DNA from: a bacterium
GTDB lineage: Bacteria > Zhuqueibacterota > Zhuqueibacteria > Residuimicrobiales > Residuimicrobiaceae
Direction of reading: 5' to 3'
DNA: 64,000 nucleotides
NCBI GenBank assembly: GCA_029554865.1
Contig: JAKPUX010000314.1
Location: 5,954-69,953 of the forward strand
The translations under genes and the position numbers were made by a program. Each line of letters begins with the position of its first letter. The first letter of the stretch is position 1. Shown here piece by piece: positions 39,918-48,608 of the stretch. Below the pieces are notes generated by a model, which searched no databases, had not been told where the DNA came from, and saw nothing but the letters and a program-made list of their open reading frames with translations.

Positions 39918-40004
39918 TTCTTCTCATGCTGAACCATGTTCCACCCTGCCCATCAGGGGAGAAGGCCGGCTGAAAAGTCCGCAGCGCTCCTCCCGGGATC
40001 CGGA

Positions 40005-41123
40005 TCAGAGCCGGGCGGCGACGGCGCTGGCCACATCCAGGCTTGTGTTCGTGCCGCCCATGTCGTAGGTACGCACCACCCCTTCGGCGATCACCCCCGC
40101 GCAGGCCTTCTCAAGCCGTTCCGCCATCCGGCTCTCCCCGAGCCAATCGAGCATCAACTTGACCGTGAAAAGCATCGCCATGGGATTGACCTTGTACTGC
40201 CCGGCGTATTTGGGCGCTGAACCGTGCGTCGGCTCAAAAACCGCATAATTATCGCCGATGTTGCCGCTGGAGCTGAAGCCCAGCCCGCCGATCAGCTGGG
40301 CGCAGAGATCGGAGATGATATCGCCGAAGAGATTGCTGGTGACCAGCACCCCGTAATCCTGGGGATTCTTGATCAGCCACATGCACATGGCGTCGATGTT
40401 CGCCTCCCAGAGCTCGATGCCGGGGTATTCCGCGGCGATCTTGCGCGCCTCGCGCACCATCAGGCCGCTGGTCTCACGCACCACATTGGGCTTCTCCACA
40501 ACCGTCACGGTCTTGTAGCCGTACTTTTTGGCATACTCGAAAGAGTCGCGGATGATGTTGCGGCAGCCCTGACGGGTGTTGATGCGCAGCGAAACTGCGA
40601 TATCCTCGAGGGGCACCGACTCGAAGCGCTTCATCTTCTTGTTGTTCCGGACCAGGGTCTCCATCACCTCCGCAGGCAGGGGATGAAATTCGACGCCGGC
40701 GTAGAGATCCTCGGTGTTTTCGCGAAAAACGACGATGTCGATATCATCGCGGAAATTGAGGGGATTGCCCTTGTAGGCCTTGCAGGGACGCAGATTGGTG
40801 CGCAGGTTGAACTCCTGCCGCAGCCGCACGATCGGACTGGCGTAGACGAAACCCTTGCCCTTCAGCTCGGGAGCCAGCTCGGCCTCGGCCTCTTCCTTGG
40901 GCTTGGAGGTGATGGCGCCGAAGAGAGCGCAGTCGGTCTGCCTGAGCAGTTCGGTCGTCCGCTTGGGCAGGGGATCGCCCTCCCGGCACCAAAACTCCCA
41001 GCCGATGTCGCCCTGAGTATATTCCGCGTCCAGCCCCAGTTTGTCCAATACGATCTGAGCGGCATCCATGACATCCTTGCCGATGCCATCACCCGGCAGC
41101 AGCGCTATTTTGTACTTCGCCAT
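40005..41123 (-). CDS. isocitrate/isopropylmalate dehydrogenase family protein
   Basis: MAKYKIALLPGDGIGKDV... and the NLFGDIISD signature of beta-decarboxylating dehydrogenases. 372 aa. Confidence 0.8.
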   Translation of the reverse strand: MAKYKIALLPGDGIGKDVMDAAQIVLDKLGLDAEYTQGDIGWEFWCREGDPLPKRTTELLRQTDCALFGAITSKPKEEAEAELAPELKGKGFVYASPIVRLRQEFNLRTNLRPCKAYKGNPLNFRDDIDIVVFRENTEDLYAGVEFHPLPAEVMETLVRNNKKMKRFESVPLEDIAVSLRINTRQGCRNIIRDSFEYAKKYGYKTVTVVEKPNVVRETSGLMVREARKIAAEYPGIELWEANIDAMCMWLIKNPQDYGVLVTSNLFGDIISDLCAQLIGGLGFSSSGNIGDNYAVFEPTHGSAPKYAGQYKVNPMAMLFTVKLMLDWLGESRMAERLEKACAGVIAEGVVRTYDMGGTNTSLDVASAVAARL

Positions 41124-41215
41124 CGTTCTCGTCCTCTTTCTTCAGGTTGGTATTTGAAGAGTATTCTAAAATTATAGTTTACTTAATTTTCCATGAGGAA
41201 GCAAGCGAAAAAAAA

Positions 41216-42127
41216 TCAGGAGCCGATGGATAATGAAAAACGGTGCGCCCGCCCCAGCTCCTCCTGAAAGGGAACAAAGGCATAGTCGATCCAGAAGCGG
41301 CCGGTATGCACGCCAAAGCCGGCACTAAAGTCGCGCGATGCATAGCCAGTCTGATAGCCCGCCCGCAGCGCCAGCATCTCCAGCGGCCTGATCTCCGCGC
41401 CGACATGCAGATGACCGCTCTGGTGGCGGATGGAGACATATTCGGCGCTCACCAGCCAGGGGGCCTCCTCGCTGCCGAGGGGAAGGGTGTAGGCAAGGCC
41501 TGCGCGCAGGCTCCGCGGCAGGGTGACCTCCTCTTTGGCCATGGCCCGGGTCGCCCCGAGGTGCTGCACCACCAGCCCGGCGGTCATACCCCGCAGCGGT
41601 GTCCGGTAGTGCGCGCCCAGGTCGATGCTGAAGCCGCTGGCGCTCTCGGTGTGGATCTTTTCGTTGAGATAGCGCAGGTTGAGCCCGAGGGCCAGATCCT
41701 CACCCAGCCTGCGGGCGAAAGTGGCCCCCAGGACAACATCATGGGCCGAAAAGGTGCTGAGGGGATCCTCGGTCGGGTAGAGACGCTGCTCGATGCCCGG
41801 CACCGAGACGACGACGGCATGCAGGCCAAAATGGAAGGGCTTGAGCGGAAAGAGCACTGCCGCCGCATCGTGGCTCACCTCCTGAATCCACTCATTGTGG
41901 GCAAGATGGGCGTGGAAGGAGTTCACCCCGGCTGCTCCCGCAGGATTCCAGAAAGAGGCGGAGGCATCCCCCGCCACGGCGGCAAAGGCCTCGCCCATGG
42001 CCGCAGCCCGGGCGCCGGCGCCGATCTGGAGCACCGCAAAACCGCTCTCCCACTGCCCCCTCGCCCCCGCGGCCTGCAGGAGCATCAGCAGCGAAAGCGT
42101 CCCCAGAATATTGGTTTTAAGTTTCAT
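41216..42127 (-). CDS. PorV/PorQ-family outer-membrane beta-barrel protein (T9SS-associated family), paralog 1
   Basis: Signal peptide, then the family-typical N-terminal motif GARAAAMGEAFAAVAGDASASFWNPAG. Alternating beta-strand pattern, C-terminal aromatic residues. Confidence 0.55.
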   Translation of the reverse strand: MKLKTNILGTLSLLMLLQAAGARGQWESGFAVLQIGAGARAAAMGEAFAAVAGDASASFWNPAGAAGVNSFHAHLAHNEWIQEVSHDAAAVLFPLKPFHFGLHAVVVSVPGIEQRLYPTEDPLSTFSAHDVVLGATFARRLGEDLALGLNLRYLNEKIHTESASGFSIDLGAHYRTPLRGMTAGLVVQHLGATRAMAKEEVTLPRSLRAGLAYTLPLGSEEAPWLVSAEYVSIRHQSGHLHVGAEIRPLEMLALRAGYQTGYASRDFSAGFGVHTGRFWIDYAFVPFQEELGRAHRFSLSIGS

Positions 42128-42159
42128 CGTCCTTCCCGTCCGGTTATTATCATTCATCC

Positions 42160-43134
42160 CTACAGGCTCGCATGCCACGAAAAGATATGATCGGCGCGCG
42201 GCCCCTCCCCCGGTGCGACATAGGCGTAGTTAAGCGCCATCTTCTTGCCGTAGATCTGCAGATTGCATCCGAGGCCGAAGGTGAGCTGACCGTCATCCAG
42301 ACCGGCGCGCAGCGCCCCGACCGCTGGCAGGGCGGCCTCGGCCCCGAAATGATAGCGCGGATTCTGCTCTTTCGCATCCTCGCTCTCGGCGGTCAACAGC
42401 AGCCACTCCACGGGGGGGCGGTAGGCTACGGCCAGTCGCAAGGTGCGCGGAAAACGGTCGTTGACGCTGGTGCCGCGCTCCCATACCTTTTCGGTGTTCC
42501 AGGTGTATTTGGAGAGGTTGTCGCGCATCACCAGCCCCAGGCTGAGCTGCCGGAAGGGCGCATAATAGGCCCCGAAATCGACGCCCAGACCCATTGAGGT
42601 GACCGCAGATTCGTCGTTGTTGACGCCCGGCATCCGGGCGTAGAGGATCTTGCCGTTGACCCCGATGGAAAATTTTTCAGCGGGACTCAGGGCGAAGGAG
42701 AGGAAAAAAGCGTTTTCGGAGAAGGAGTAATCCTGGGTATGGTTGCCAGCCAGGTCGCGGCCGTCGATCCCATCGACGCCGGCATGGATCCACGCCAGGC
42801 CAAAACCGGCGCGCAGGGGATTGTGCTCCTCATCCTCGCCGTTCCCCGGCCGGAGGGGCTGGGCATAGCCGATGAAATCGAGCTTGCGGTCGAGCGGCAA
42901 AAAGGCGTAGGAGAGCGCCGCCAGGCGGCCGGGCAGATGCGGCAGCAGGGCCGGATTGTAGACCCCGGCGAAGGCATCCTCCGCCACTGCGGAAAAGGCG
43001 TCGCCCATGGCCTTGGCCCGCGCCCCGATCCCCATGCGCAGAAAGGCCCCCGCATAGCCCCCGTCACCCTCCGAGGCTGAAGCGCCCAGCGCCAGCATCA
43101 GCAGCAGGCCGGCGATCGCACCAAATCTCTTCAT
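42160..43134 (-). CDS. PorV/PorQ-family outer-membrane beta-barrel protein, paralog 2
   Basis: Same motif: GARAKAMGDAFSAVAEDAFAGVYNPAL. Signal peptide. Tandem with and divergent from paralog 1. Confidence 0.55.
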   Translation of the reverse strand: MKRFGAIAGLLLMLALGASASEGDGGYAGAFLRMGIGARAKAMGDAFSAVAEDAFAGVYNPALLPHLPGRLAALSYAFLPLDRKLDFIGYAQPLRPGNGEDEEHNPLRAGFGLAWIHAGVDGIDGRDLAGNHTQDYSFSENAFFLSFALSPAEKFSIGVNGKILYARMPGVNNDESAVTSMGLGVDFGAYYAPFRQLSLGLVMRDNLSKYTWNTEKVWERGTSVNDRFPRTLRLAVAYRPPVEWLLLTAESEDAKEQNPRYHFGAEAALPAVGALRAGLDDGQLTFGLGCNLQIYGKKMALNYAYVAPGEGPRADHIFSWHASL

Positions 43135-43157
43135 AAGTTTCCTCAATCCTGACCAGT

Positions 43158-44588
43158 CTAGTTAATGATCAGCACCTTGCCCCAATAGGTGCCGTCGTTC
43201 TCGATCTCAATACTGTAAAAATAGGCCCCGTTGGCGACCAGGTCGCCATAATCATTGCGTCCGTTCCAGATCTCCGCGCACTCGGAGGGGCCGATGCGGT
43301 ACTCGCCGTCGATCACTGTGGCGACCAGCTCCATGGCGAAATCGAAGACCTTGACCGTCACCCGCGCGGCCGTCCGGGTGTTGTACTGGAAACGGACATA
43401 GCCGTCTCCCCCGATCTGGTTCTGACGCATCGGCGAGAAGGGATTGGGATAGGCATAGGTGCGTTTCTCGCCGCCCCGGCCTGTGGGTGTGAAGGCGCGG
43501 TAGATGTCCCAGGTGAAGCCGTTGTCGGAGGTGCGCGCCAGGCCGTCCGCCATGCCCGCCCACAGGGTGCCCGCCAGGGCGTAGGCGGAATAGGCCTCGG
43601 TGCCGAGGACGCGGTCACCGTCGCGGGCGTCCCGCATCGGGGGATAGAGATACCAGTTCTCGCCCAGATCGTACGAGACAAAGAGACCCTTGTCCGCAGC
43701 CACATAGACGACCGAATCGTCAAAGGCGAAATTGTGGGCCTTTTCGTCGCGCAGAAAGCTCTTCCAGGTGAGGCCGCCATCGAGCGAACGCGAGACCGCA
43801 TTGTACTCGGTCTCGCCCTCGGCGACCCAGGTGGCGCCCCAGACGATGTCGCGGCCGCCGGCGTGCTGGCAGCCGAGGGCGACGACAAAGTTCCCCGAGA
43901 TCGGCTCCGGCTGACTGACGTGGGTCAGGTTCCGCCAGGTAGCGCCGTTGTCCGTGCTCTTGTTGATCCCCTCGGCGGTGCCGATCCAGAGCGCCCCGCC
44001 CCCGGCGGCGGCGGAAAAGCCGCGGTGATTGTACTTGCCGTAGGGATCAAAGTTAAAGGTATCCGGTGCCGCCTCGACCCAGCTCGCCCCCCAGTCAGGG
44101 GATTTGAGCACGCCGCCCCCATAGGAGGTGATCCAGACCGTGCCGGCGAAAACGGCGATGTCGTAGGTGAGATTCTGTATCGGAGTGGGACCCGGCTGCG
44201 GGGAACGGCGCCAGGTGGCGCCGCTGTCGAAAGAAAAACTGATGCCCGTCCCCTTGGGCAAGGGGGCGGGATCGGCGGAGGTGACCGTATCGGTCGCAGT
44301 GGCGACGATGACGGTGTCGCCATGGGCCCAGAGCGCGGAGACGCTGCCATGGCCCAGTCCCTGGGTCGGGGCAAAGCTGCTGAACTGGCCGGTGGCCAGA
44401 TCCAGCCGGCTCAGGCCATTGCCGGTCCCCAGCCAGAGATGTCCGCCGCTGCGGGCGATATCGGTGATGCCATTGCCGGCCAGGCCGCTCTTCGGGGCCG
44501 CTGTACTAAAACGGTGGGTCGTGATCACGGCCGCGCCGAGGGCTGCGGGCGCGAGCAGGGCCAGGAGCAGAATTCTCTTCATTCTCAT
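43158..44588 (-). CDS. BNR/Asp-box repeat beta-propeller protein with T9SS-like C-terminal domain
   Basis: Repeated SxDxGxTW motifs (SFDSGATW, SPDWGASW, STDNGATW, SLDGGLTW, SYDLGENW, TSDNGFTW). Signal peptide. C-terminal YAYPNPFSP...YFYSIEIENDGTYWGKVLIIN. Confidence 0.6.
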   Translation of the reverse strand: MRMKRILLLALLAPAALGAAVITTHRFSTAAPKSGLAGNGITDIARSGGHLWLGTGNGLSRLDLATGQFSSFAPTQGLGHGSVSALWAHGDTVIVATATDTVTSADPAPLPKGTGISFSFDSGATWRRSPQPGPTPIQNLTYDIAVFAGTVWITSYGGGVLKSPDWGASWVEAAPDTFNFDPYGKYNHRGFSAAAGGGALWIGTAEGINKSTDNGATWRNLTHVSQPEPISGNFVVALGCQHAGGRDIVWGATWVAEGETEYNAVSRSLDGGLTWKSFLRDEKAHNFAFDDSVVYVAADKGLFVSYDLGENWYLYPPMRDARDGDRVLGTEAYSAYALAGTLWAGMADGLARTSDNGFTWDIYRAFTPTGRGGEKRTYAYPNPFSPMRQNQIGGDGYVRFQYNTRTAARVTVKVFDFAMELVATVIDGEYRIGPSECAEIWNGRNDYGDLVANGAYFYSIEIENDGTYWGKVLIIN

Positions 44589-44603
44589 AATGCAACCATC
44601 TCG

Positions 44604-45752
44604 TCAGTCTAGGGTGATCGTATGGGTCAGGAGTTCGCTCTGATTGCCGGCCCAATCCTCGGCCGTGAAGGTGATCCGGTAGACCCCGAGCGGCTTGGCG
44701 GCGTCAAAGATGACCGTCATGGAATAGACTCCGTCACCGGCCGTCAGGTCTCCCCGATAGCCCAAATCCCAGCGGCTGATGTCGAGCGCCAGACCATTGT
44801 CATACATCACAAAGGGATTGTTGTTAAAGCCGGTGCCATCCGGATTATAGGCGCGCAGAAGCACCCGGTTGATGTCCTGCAGCCCCTGGGGTTCATCGAT
44901 CCGCACCGATACCAGGTGACTGGAAGCGCCCGCCGCCGGCCGCTGTACCGCCGCCGGGGCGTTGAGGTCCGTCAAAAGCGGGGCTGTGTTGACTATCACC
45001 AAAATGGCGCTCTTTTCAGGGCTGCGCTGGCCCGACCTGTCCACCGCCGCAATCCTGATCGTATAAGCCCCCTGCTTGCGGGCGCCGAAGGTGCGGTCCA
45101 CCGCCAGGCTATAGATATAGTCGCCGGCTGCCGGATCGCCATGGCTGCCGTCGTCATAGAGCAGGGTGTCGAAGGAGGCCTTGCCTGCGGCGCTGCCGGT
45201 GAGCTCGACGCGGGCGACGTCGCCGGGGCCGCTGGAATCGATGACCACAGCCTGAAAGAGCAGACTCCCGGAAAAACCGCTGCGAAGGGTGTCGGGGAGG
45301 AGGAGCTGCGCGACCTCCGGTGCGCGCTGATCACCCGAGCTGCGCATCAGGACCAGCGGCTCCCCAACCGTGCGTCCTGCACGGCTGGCCTGAAAACGCA
45401 GCTCGTACTCCCGGAAACCGGGGAGGGTTGGCTGCCAGAGGATCTGCTGCGAAAAGATGTTGTCAAAGGCCACAACATCCCCGTCGCCGGCATGACGCGC
45501 TCCCCCGTCGTCGTAGAGATAGAAACGCTGTTCCGCCGCGCCGGTTCCACGCGGCACCGCCTCCAGCAGGACCGAATCCACCTCACCCGCAGCACCGATC
45601 TCGATCCGGTAGAGCCGCATTGGCCCGAGCATCTCGGGCAGCATGGCCTGGCTCAGCACCACCTCTTCAGGTGCAGGCGGAGTGGGCAGTTCGCGCTTGC
45701 CGCAGCCCGCCAGGATGAGCAGGGGGAGAGAGAGCAAGATCAATCGACGCAT
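44604..45752 (-). CDS. hypothetical lipoprotein with three YDDG...AGDG...Y repeats
   Basis: Lipobox LAGC. Internal repeats: LYDDGGARHAGDGDVVAFDNIF, LYDDGSHGDPAAGDYIYSLAV, MYDNGLALDISRWDLGYRGDLTAGDGVYSMTV. AAGGA RBS. Confidence 0.5.
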   Translation of the reverse strand: MRRLILLSLPLLILAGCGKRELPTPPAPEEVVLSQAMLPEMLGPMRLYRIEIGAAGEVDSVLLEAVPRGTGAAEQRFYLYDDGGARHAGDGDVVAFDNIFSQQILWQPTLPGFREYELRFQASRAGRTVGEPLVLMRSSGDQRAPEVAQLLLPDTLRSGFSGSLLFQAVVIDSSGPGDVARVELTGSAAGKASFDTLLYDDGSHGDPAAGDYIYSLAVDRTFGARKQGAYTIRIAAVDRSGQRSPEKSAILVIVNTAPLLTDLNAPAAVQRPAAGASSHLVSVRIDEPQGLQDINRVLLRAYNPDGTGFNNNPFVMYDNGLALDISRWDLGYRGDLTAGDGVYSMTVIFDAAKPLGVYRITFTAEDWAGNQSELLTHTITLD

Positions 45753-45769
45753 GATAATCCTTGTAGGTT

Positions 45770-45831
45770 AAAAAAAAATCCGAATGACCGGAGCGACGAT
45801 GGTACGCACGCTTCACCCGGCTACATTCGGA
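45770..45831 (-). terminator. minus-strand intrinsic terminator (hairpin + T9) located in the leader of the 45752 gene
   Basis: Inverted repeat TCCGAATG-ACCGG...CCGG-CTA-CATTCGGA (45779..45831). On the minus strand it is followed by nine T (plus-strand A-run 45770..45778). The T-run ends 17 nt before the ATG of the lipoprotein gene. Confidence 0.55.
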
Positions 45832-45948
45832 CAAGTTTAAAAAGGCGCCTCTACCATTCGTCAAAGAGATTGTATGCAAGTTCACACAGAAAATATCTTT
45901 AACGAAGGGAAATAGGCGTTCTCCTTGTTCAATCGAATAAGCTTATAT

Positions 45949-45977
45949 AAAATAGCCACAAAAATCATATTAGTCAA
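45949..45977 (-). promoter_or_regulatory. sigma70-like promoter (TTGACT-N17-TATTTT) on minus strand
   Basis: The -35 overlaps the HAD gene stop codon. Predicted TSS near 45940, giving a ~185-nt leader that contains the terminator above. Confidence 0.4.
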
Positions 45978-46627
45978 GCAATTTCTGGGGCCGATTCCTC
46001 CAGCCACCGCAGCAGCGCGGTGTGATCGGGCAGGATGAGATCGGCCTCCTGCAGGTGAGCGGCCGGAAGCGTCGTCTGCAGAGCGATGCAGAAAAGCCCG
46101 GCGCTCCTGGCGGCACGGATGCCCATCGGCGCATTCTCCACCACGGTACAGGCCTCTGGCGGCAGCCCGAAATGAGCCACGGCCGCCAGATAGGGATCGG
46201 GGTGCGGTTTGGGCCGCGCATAATCCCCGTCGCAAAAGAGGGCATCAAAGCGGGTGCTCATCTCCCCCAGCACATGGTGCAGGTTCTGCCGGTTCGTCCC
46301 GGTCACCACCGCCGTCCTGATCCCGACGCGCCCGGCATAATCGAGGATCTCACTCACCCCGGGGTATAACTCCGGCCTGGGTTGCCCGCGGAACCAGCTG
46401 TTCTTGAGCCCGGCGAGGCGGTGCGCCTCCTTTTCATCGATTGGCCGGCCGGCCGCTGCGCACATCTCCTGGGCGATACGCCAGGCCGGCTCCCCCTCAT
46501 GAGAGCGCAGCACCAGGTTGTCCGGCTCGATCCCGAGGGGGGGCAGCACCTCCTGCCAGCCCCGGAAATGAATCTCGATCGAATCGGAGATCACCCCGTC
46601 AAAATCGAAGAGCAGCGCGCCGATCAA
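45974..46627 (-). CDS. HAD-superfamily hydrolase (beta-phosphoglucomutase-like)
   Basis: Motif I DFDGV (LLFDFDGVISDS), then downstream HAD motifs. 217 aa. Overlaps the tnaA stop by 4 nt. Confidence 0.7.
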   Translation of the reverse strand: MIGALLFDFDGVISDSIEIHFRGWQEVLPPLGIEPDNLVLRSHEGEPAWRIAQEMCAAAGRPIDEKEAHRLAGLKNSWFRGQPRPELYPGVSEILDYAGRVGIRTAVVTGTNRQNLHHVLGEMSTRFDALFCDGDYARPKPHPDPYLAAVAHFGLPPEACTVVENAPMGIRAARSAGLFCIALQTTLPAAHLQEADLILPDHTALLRWLEESAPEIA

Positions 46628-47997
46628 CCGACCTCCTCGAGCTGTGCGGTGAAATGACGCAGCAGGGCCGCCTCGTGCACCAGACGCAGCCCCTTGATCT
46701 TCTCGCGGTTGCGGAAGATTTCGATGACCGCATCCGCCACATAGGTGAGGTGAAGGGAGGTGTAGACCCGACGCGGTATGGCCAGACGGACCAGCTCGAG
46801 CGCAGGATACTTTTCGCTGCCGTCGGCCTCCTTTTCGCCGAACATCAGCCCGCCGATCTCGACGGCGCGAATGCCGGCCTCGCGGTAGAGGGCCACCACC
46901 AGAGCCTGGGCCGGAAAGTTCTCCCGCGGGATTTGGGGCAGGATTGCACCGGCGTTGAGAAAAAGGGCGTGCCCACCCGTGGGTTTGACAAAGGGCACTC
47001 CCGCCCGGTCCAGCCTCTCGCCCAGTGCGCGCACCTGGCCGACGCGGTAGGCGAGATAGTCCTCGTCGAGCCCCTCCTCCAGTCCGCGCGCGACGGCCTC
47101 GAGATCCCGCCCGGCCAGGCCCCCGTAGGTCGGATAGCCCTCAAGCAGGATGAGCAGATTCTTGGCCTTATCCATCCACCCCTCGTCGTTGAGGGCGAGA
47201 AATCCTCCGATGTTGACCAGGGCATCCTTCTTGGCACTCATGGTGCAGCCGTCGGCGTAGGAAAACAGTTCGCGGGCGATCTCCGTGAGGCTCCTGCCGC
47301 CATAGCCCGGCTCGCGTTCCTTGATGAAATAGCAGTTCTCGGCGTAGCGGCAGGCATCGATGATGAAAGGGGTGTGGTACTTTTTAGCGATGGCGCTCAC
47401 CTGGCGGACATTCTCCATCGAAACCGGCTGACCGCCGGCGCTGTTGTTGGTCACGGTGAGCATCACCAGTGGAATCTTGCCTGGGCCATGCACCTGAAAA
47501 GCCTTCTCCAGCTTGGCCGGATCCATGTTGCCCTTGAAGGGATGCTCCTTTTCCGGGAACATCGCCTCGTCAATGACCAGGTCGAGGGGCACACCCCGTT
47601 TGTGGAGGACGTTGGCACGCGTGGTGTCGAAATGGATGTTGTTGGGCACCAGATCGCCCTCCCTGAGGGCGACGGAAAAAAGGAGATTCTCGGCGGCACG
47701 CCCCTGATGGGTGGGGATGATATACCGGAAGCCGAAGATGGAGCGGATGGTCTCCTCAAAGTGGTAATAGTTTTTGCTGCCGGCGTAGGATTCGTCGCCC
47801 ATCATCATCCCCGCCCACTGATAGTCGCTCATGGCCGAAGTGCCGCTGTCGGTGAGCAGATCGACATAAACGCTCGCGGCGGGCAGGGCAAAAACGTTAT
47901 ATCCCGCTTCACGGATGAGGCGGTCGCGCTCCTCGCGGGTGGTCCGGCGTACGGGTTCGACGACCTTGACCCGGAAGGGTTCAGCAGGAAATTCCAT
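46624..47997 (-). CDS. tnaA: tryptophanase / tyrosine phenol-lyase family beta-eliminating lyase
   Basis: FRVKVVEPVRRTTREERDRLIREAGYNVF...DLLTDSGTSAMS and the PLP-lysine region SAKKDALVNIGG closely follow the E. coli TnaA pattern. 457 aa. Confidence 0.85.
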   Translation of the reverse strand: MEFPAEPFRVKVVEPVRRTTREERDRLIREAGYNVFALPAASVYVDLLTDSGTSAMSDYQWAGMMMGDESYAGSKNYYHFEETIRSIFGFRYIIPTHQGRAAENLLFSVALREGDLVPNNIHFDTTRANVLHKRGVPLDLVIDEAMFPEKEHPFKGNMDPAKLEKAFQVHGPGKIPLVMLTVTNNSAGGQPVSMENVRQVSAIAKKYHTPFIIDACRYAENCYFIKEREPGYGGRSLTEIARELFSYADGCTMSAKKDALVNIGGFLALNDEGWMDKAKNLLILLEGYPTYGGLAGRDLEAVARGLEEGLDEDYLAYRVGQVRALGERLDRAGVPFVKPTGGHALFLNAGAILPQIPRENFPAQALVVALYREAGIRAVEIGGLMFGEKEADGSEKYPALELVRLAIPRRVYTSLHLTYVADAVIEIFRNREKIKGLRLVHEAALLRHFTAQLEEVG

Positions 47998-48065
47998 ATA
48001 GACCCCGATTCATTTCCTCTCCCCGGCCGGGCCGGTGTACAAGCCGACGGCTGGGAGGGGCAGGT

Positions 48066-48599
48066 TCAGCCCTTGAGGGGCTCAAAATTCATAAAGTCGG
48101 CATGATGTACGACGACAGCCTCCGGAGTGCGGTAGCCGCCGTCGCCCTCCTTGGCATGGACTGCAATGATGTGGACGATCTCGTCCGGCAGCAGATGTCT
48201 GGCGGCCAGATTGGCGCCGCTGAAGGGATGGCGCAGCAGCTTGCCGTTGCTGCTCTTGACAAATTTGCCCTCCACACGCCGGTACTCAAGGAGCTTGCCA
48301 ATGTCGTGCAGCAGGCCGCCGCTGACGATGAGATCCATGGAGAGGGTGTAATAGGGGGCATAATGCCCGCTCAGGATCTTGGCCGAGGCGATGGCCGTCT
48401 GGGTCACTGCCTGAACATGGGTGCGAAAGCTGACCCTGCAGTCCGGGATGAGGAGGGTGAAGGGGATGGTGTCGAGATCCTCGACCTGCCAGCCGCCGAG
48501 CTTCATGGCCTCCATCCAGCAGGCGAGAGTCCTGTCGCGCAGTCCGACATCCTGGATAAGACCGAATTCCGGAAAAAGGGAGAGGAGTTTTTTTTCCAT
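48066..48599 (-). CDS. HD-domain (HDIG) phosphohydrolase
   Basis: H...HD motif (LLHDIGK) and downstream His/Asp ligands (VHAKEGDGG, VHHADFM). 177 aa. Confidence 0.65.
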   Translation of the reverse strand: MEKKLLSLFPEFGLIQDVGLRDRTLACWMEAMKLGGWQVEDLDTIPFTLLIPDCRVSFRTHVQAVTQTAIASAKILSGHYAPYYTLSMDLIVSGGLLHDIGKLLEYRRVEGKFVKSSNGKLLRHPFSGANLAARHLLPDEIVHIIAVHAKEGDGGYRTPEAVVVHHADFMNFEPLKG

Positions 48600-48608
48600 T
48601 CTGTCCGC

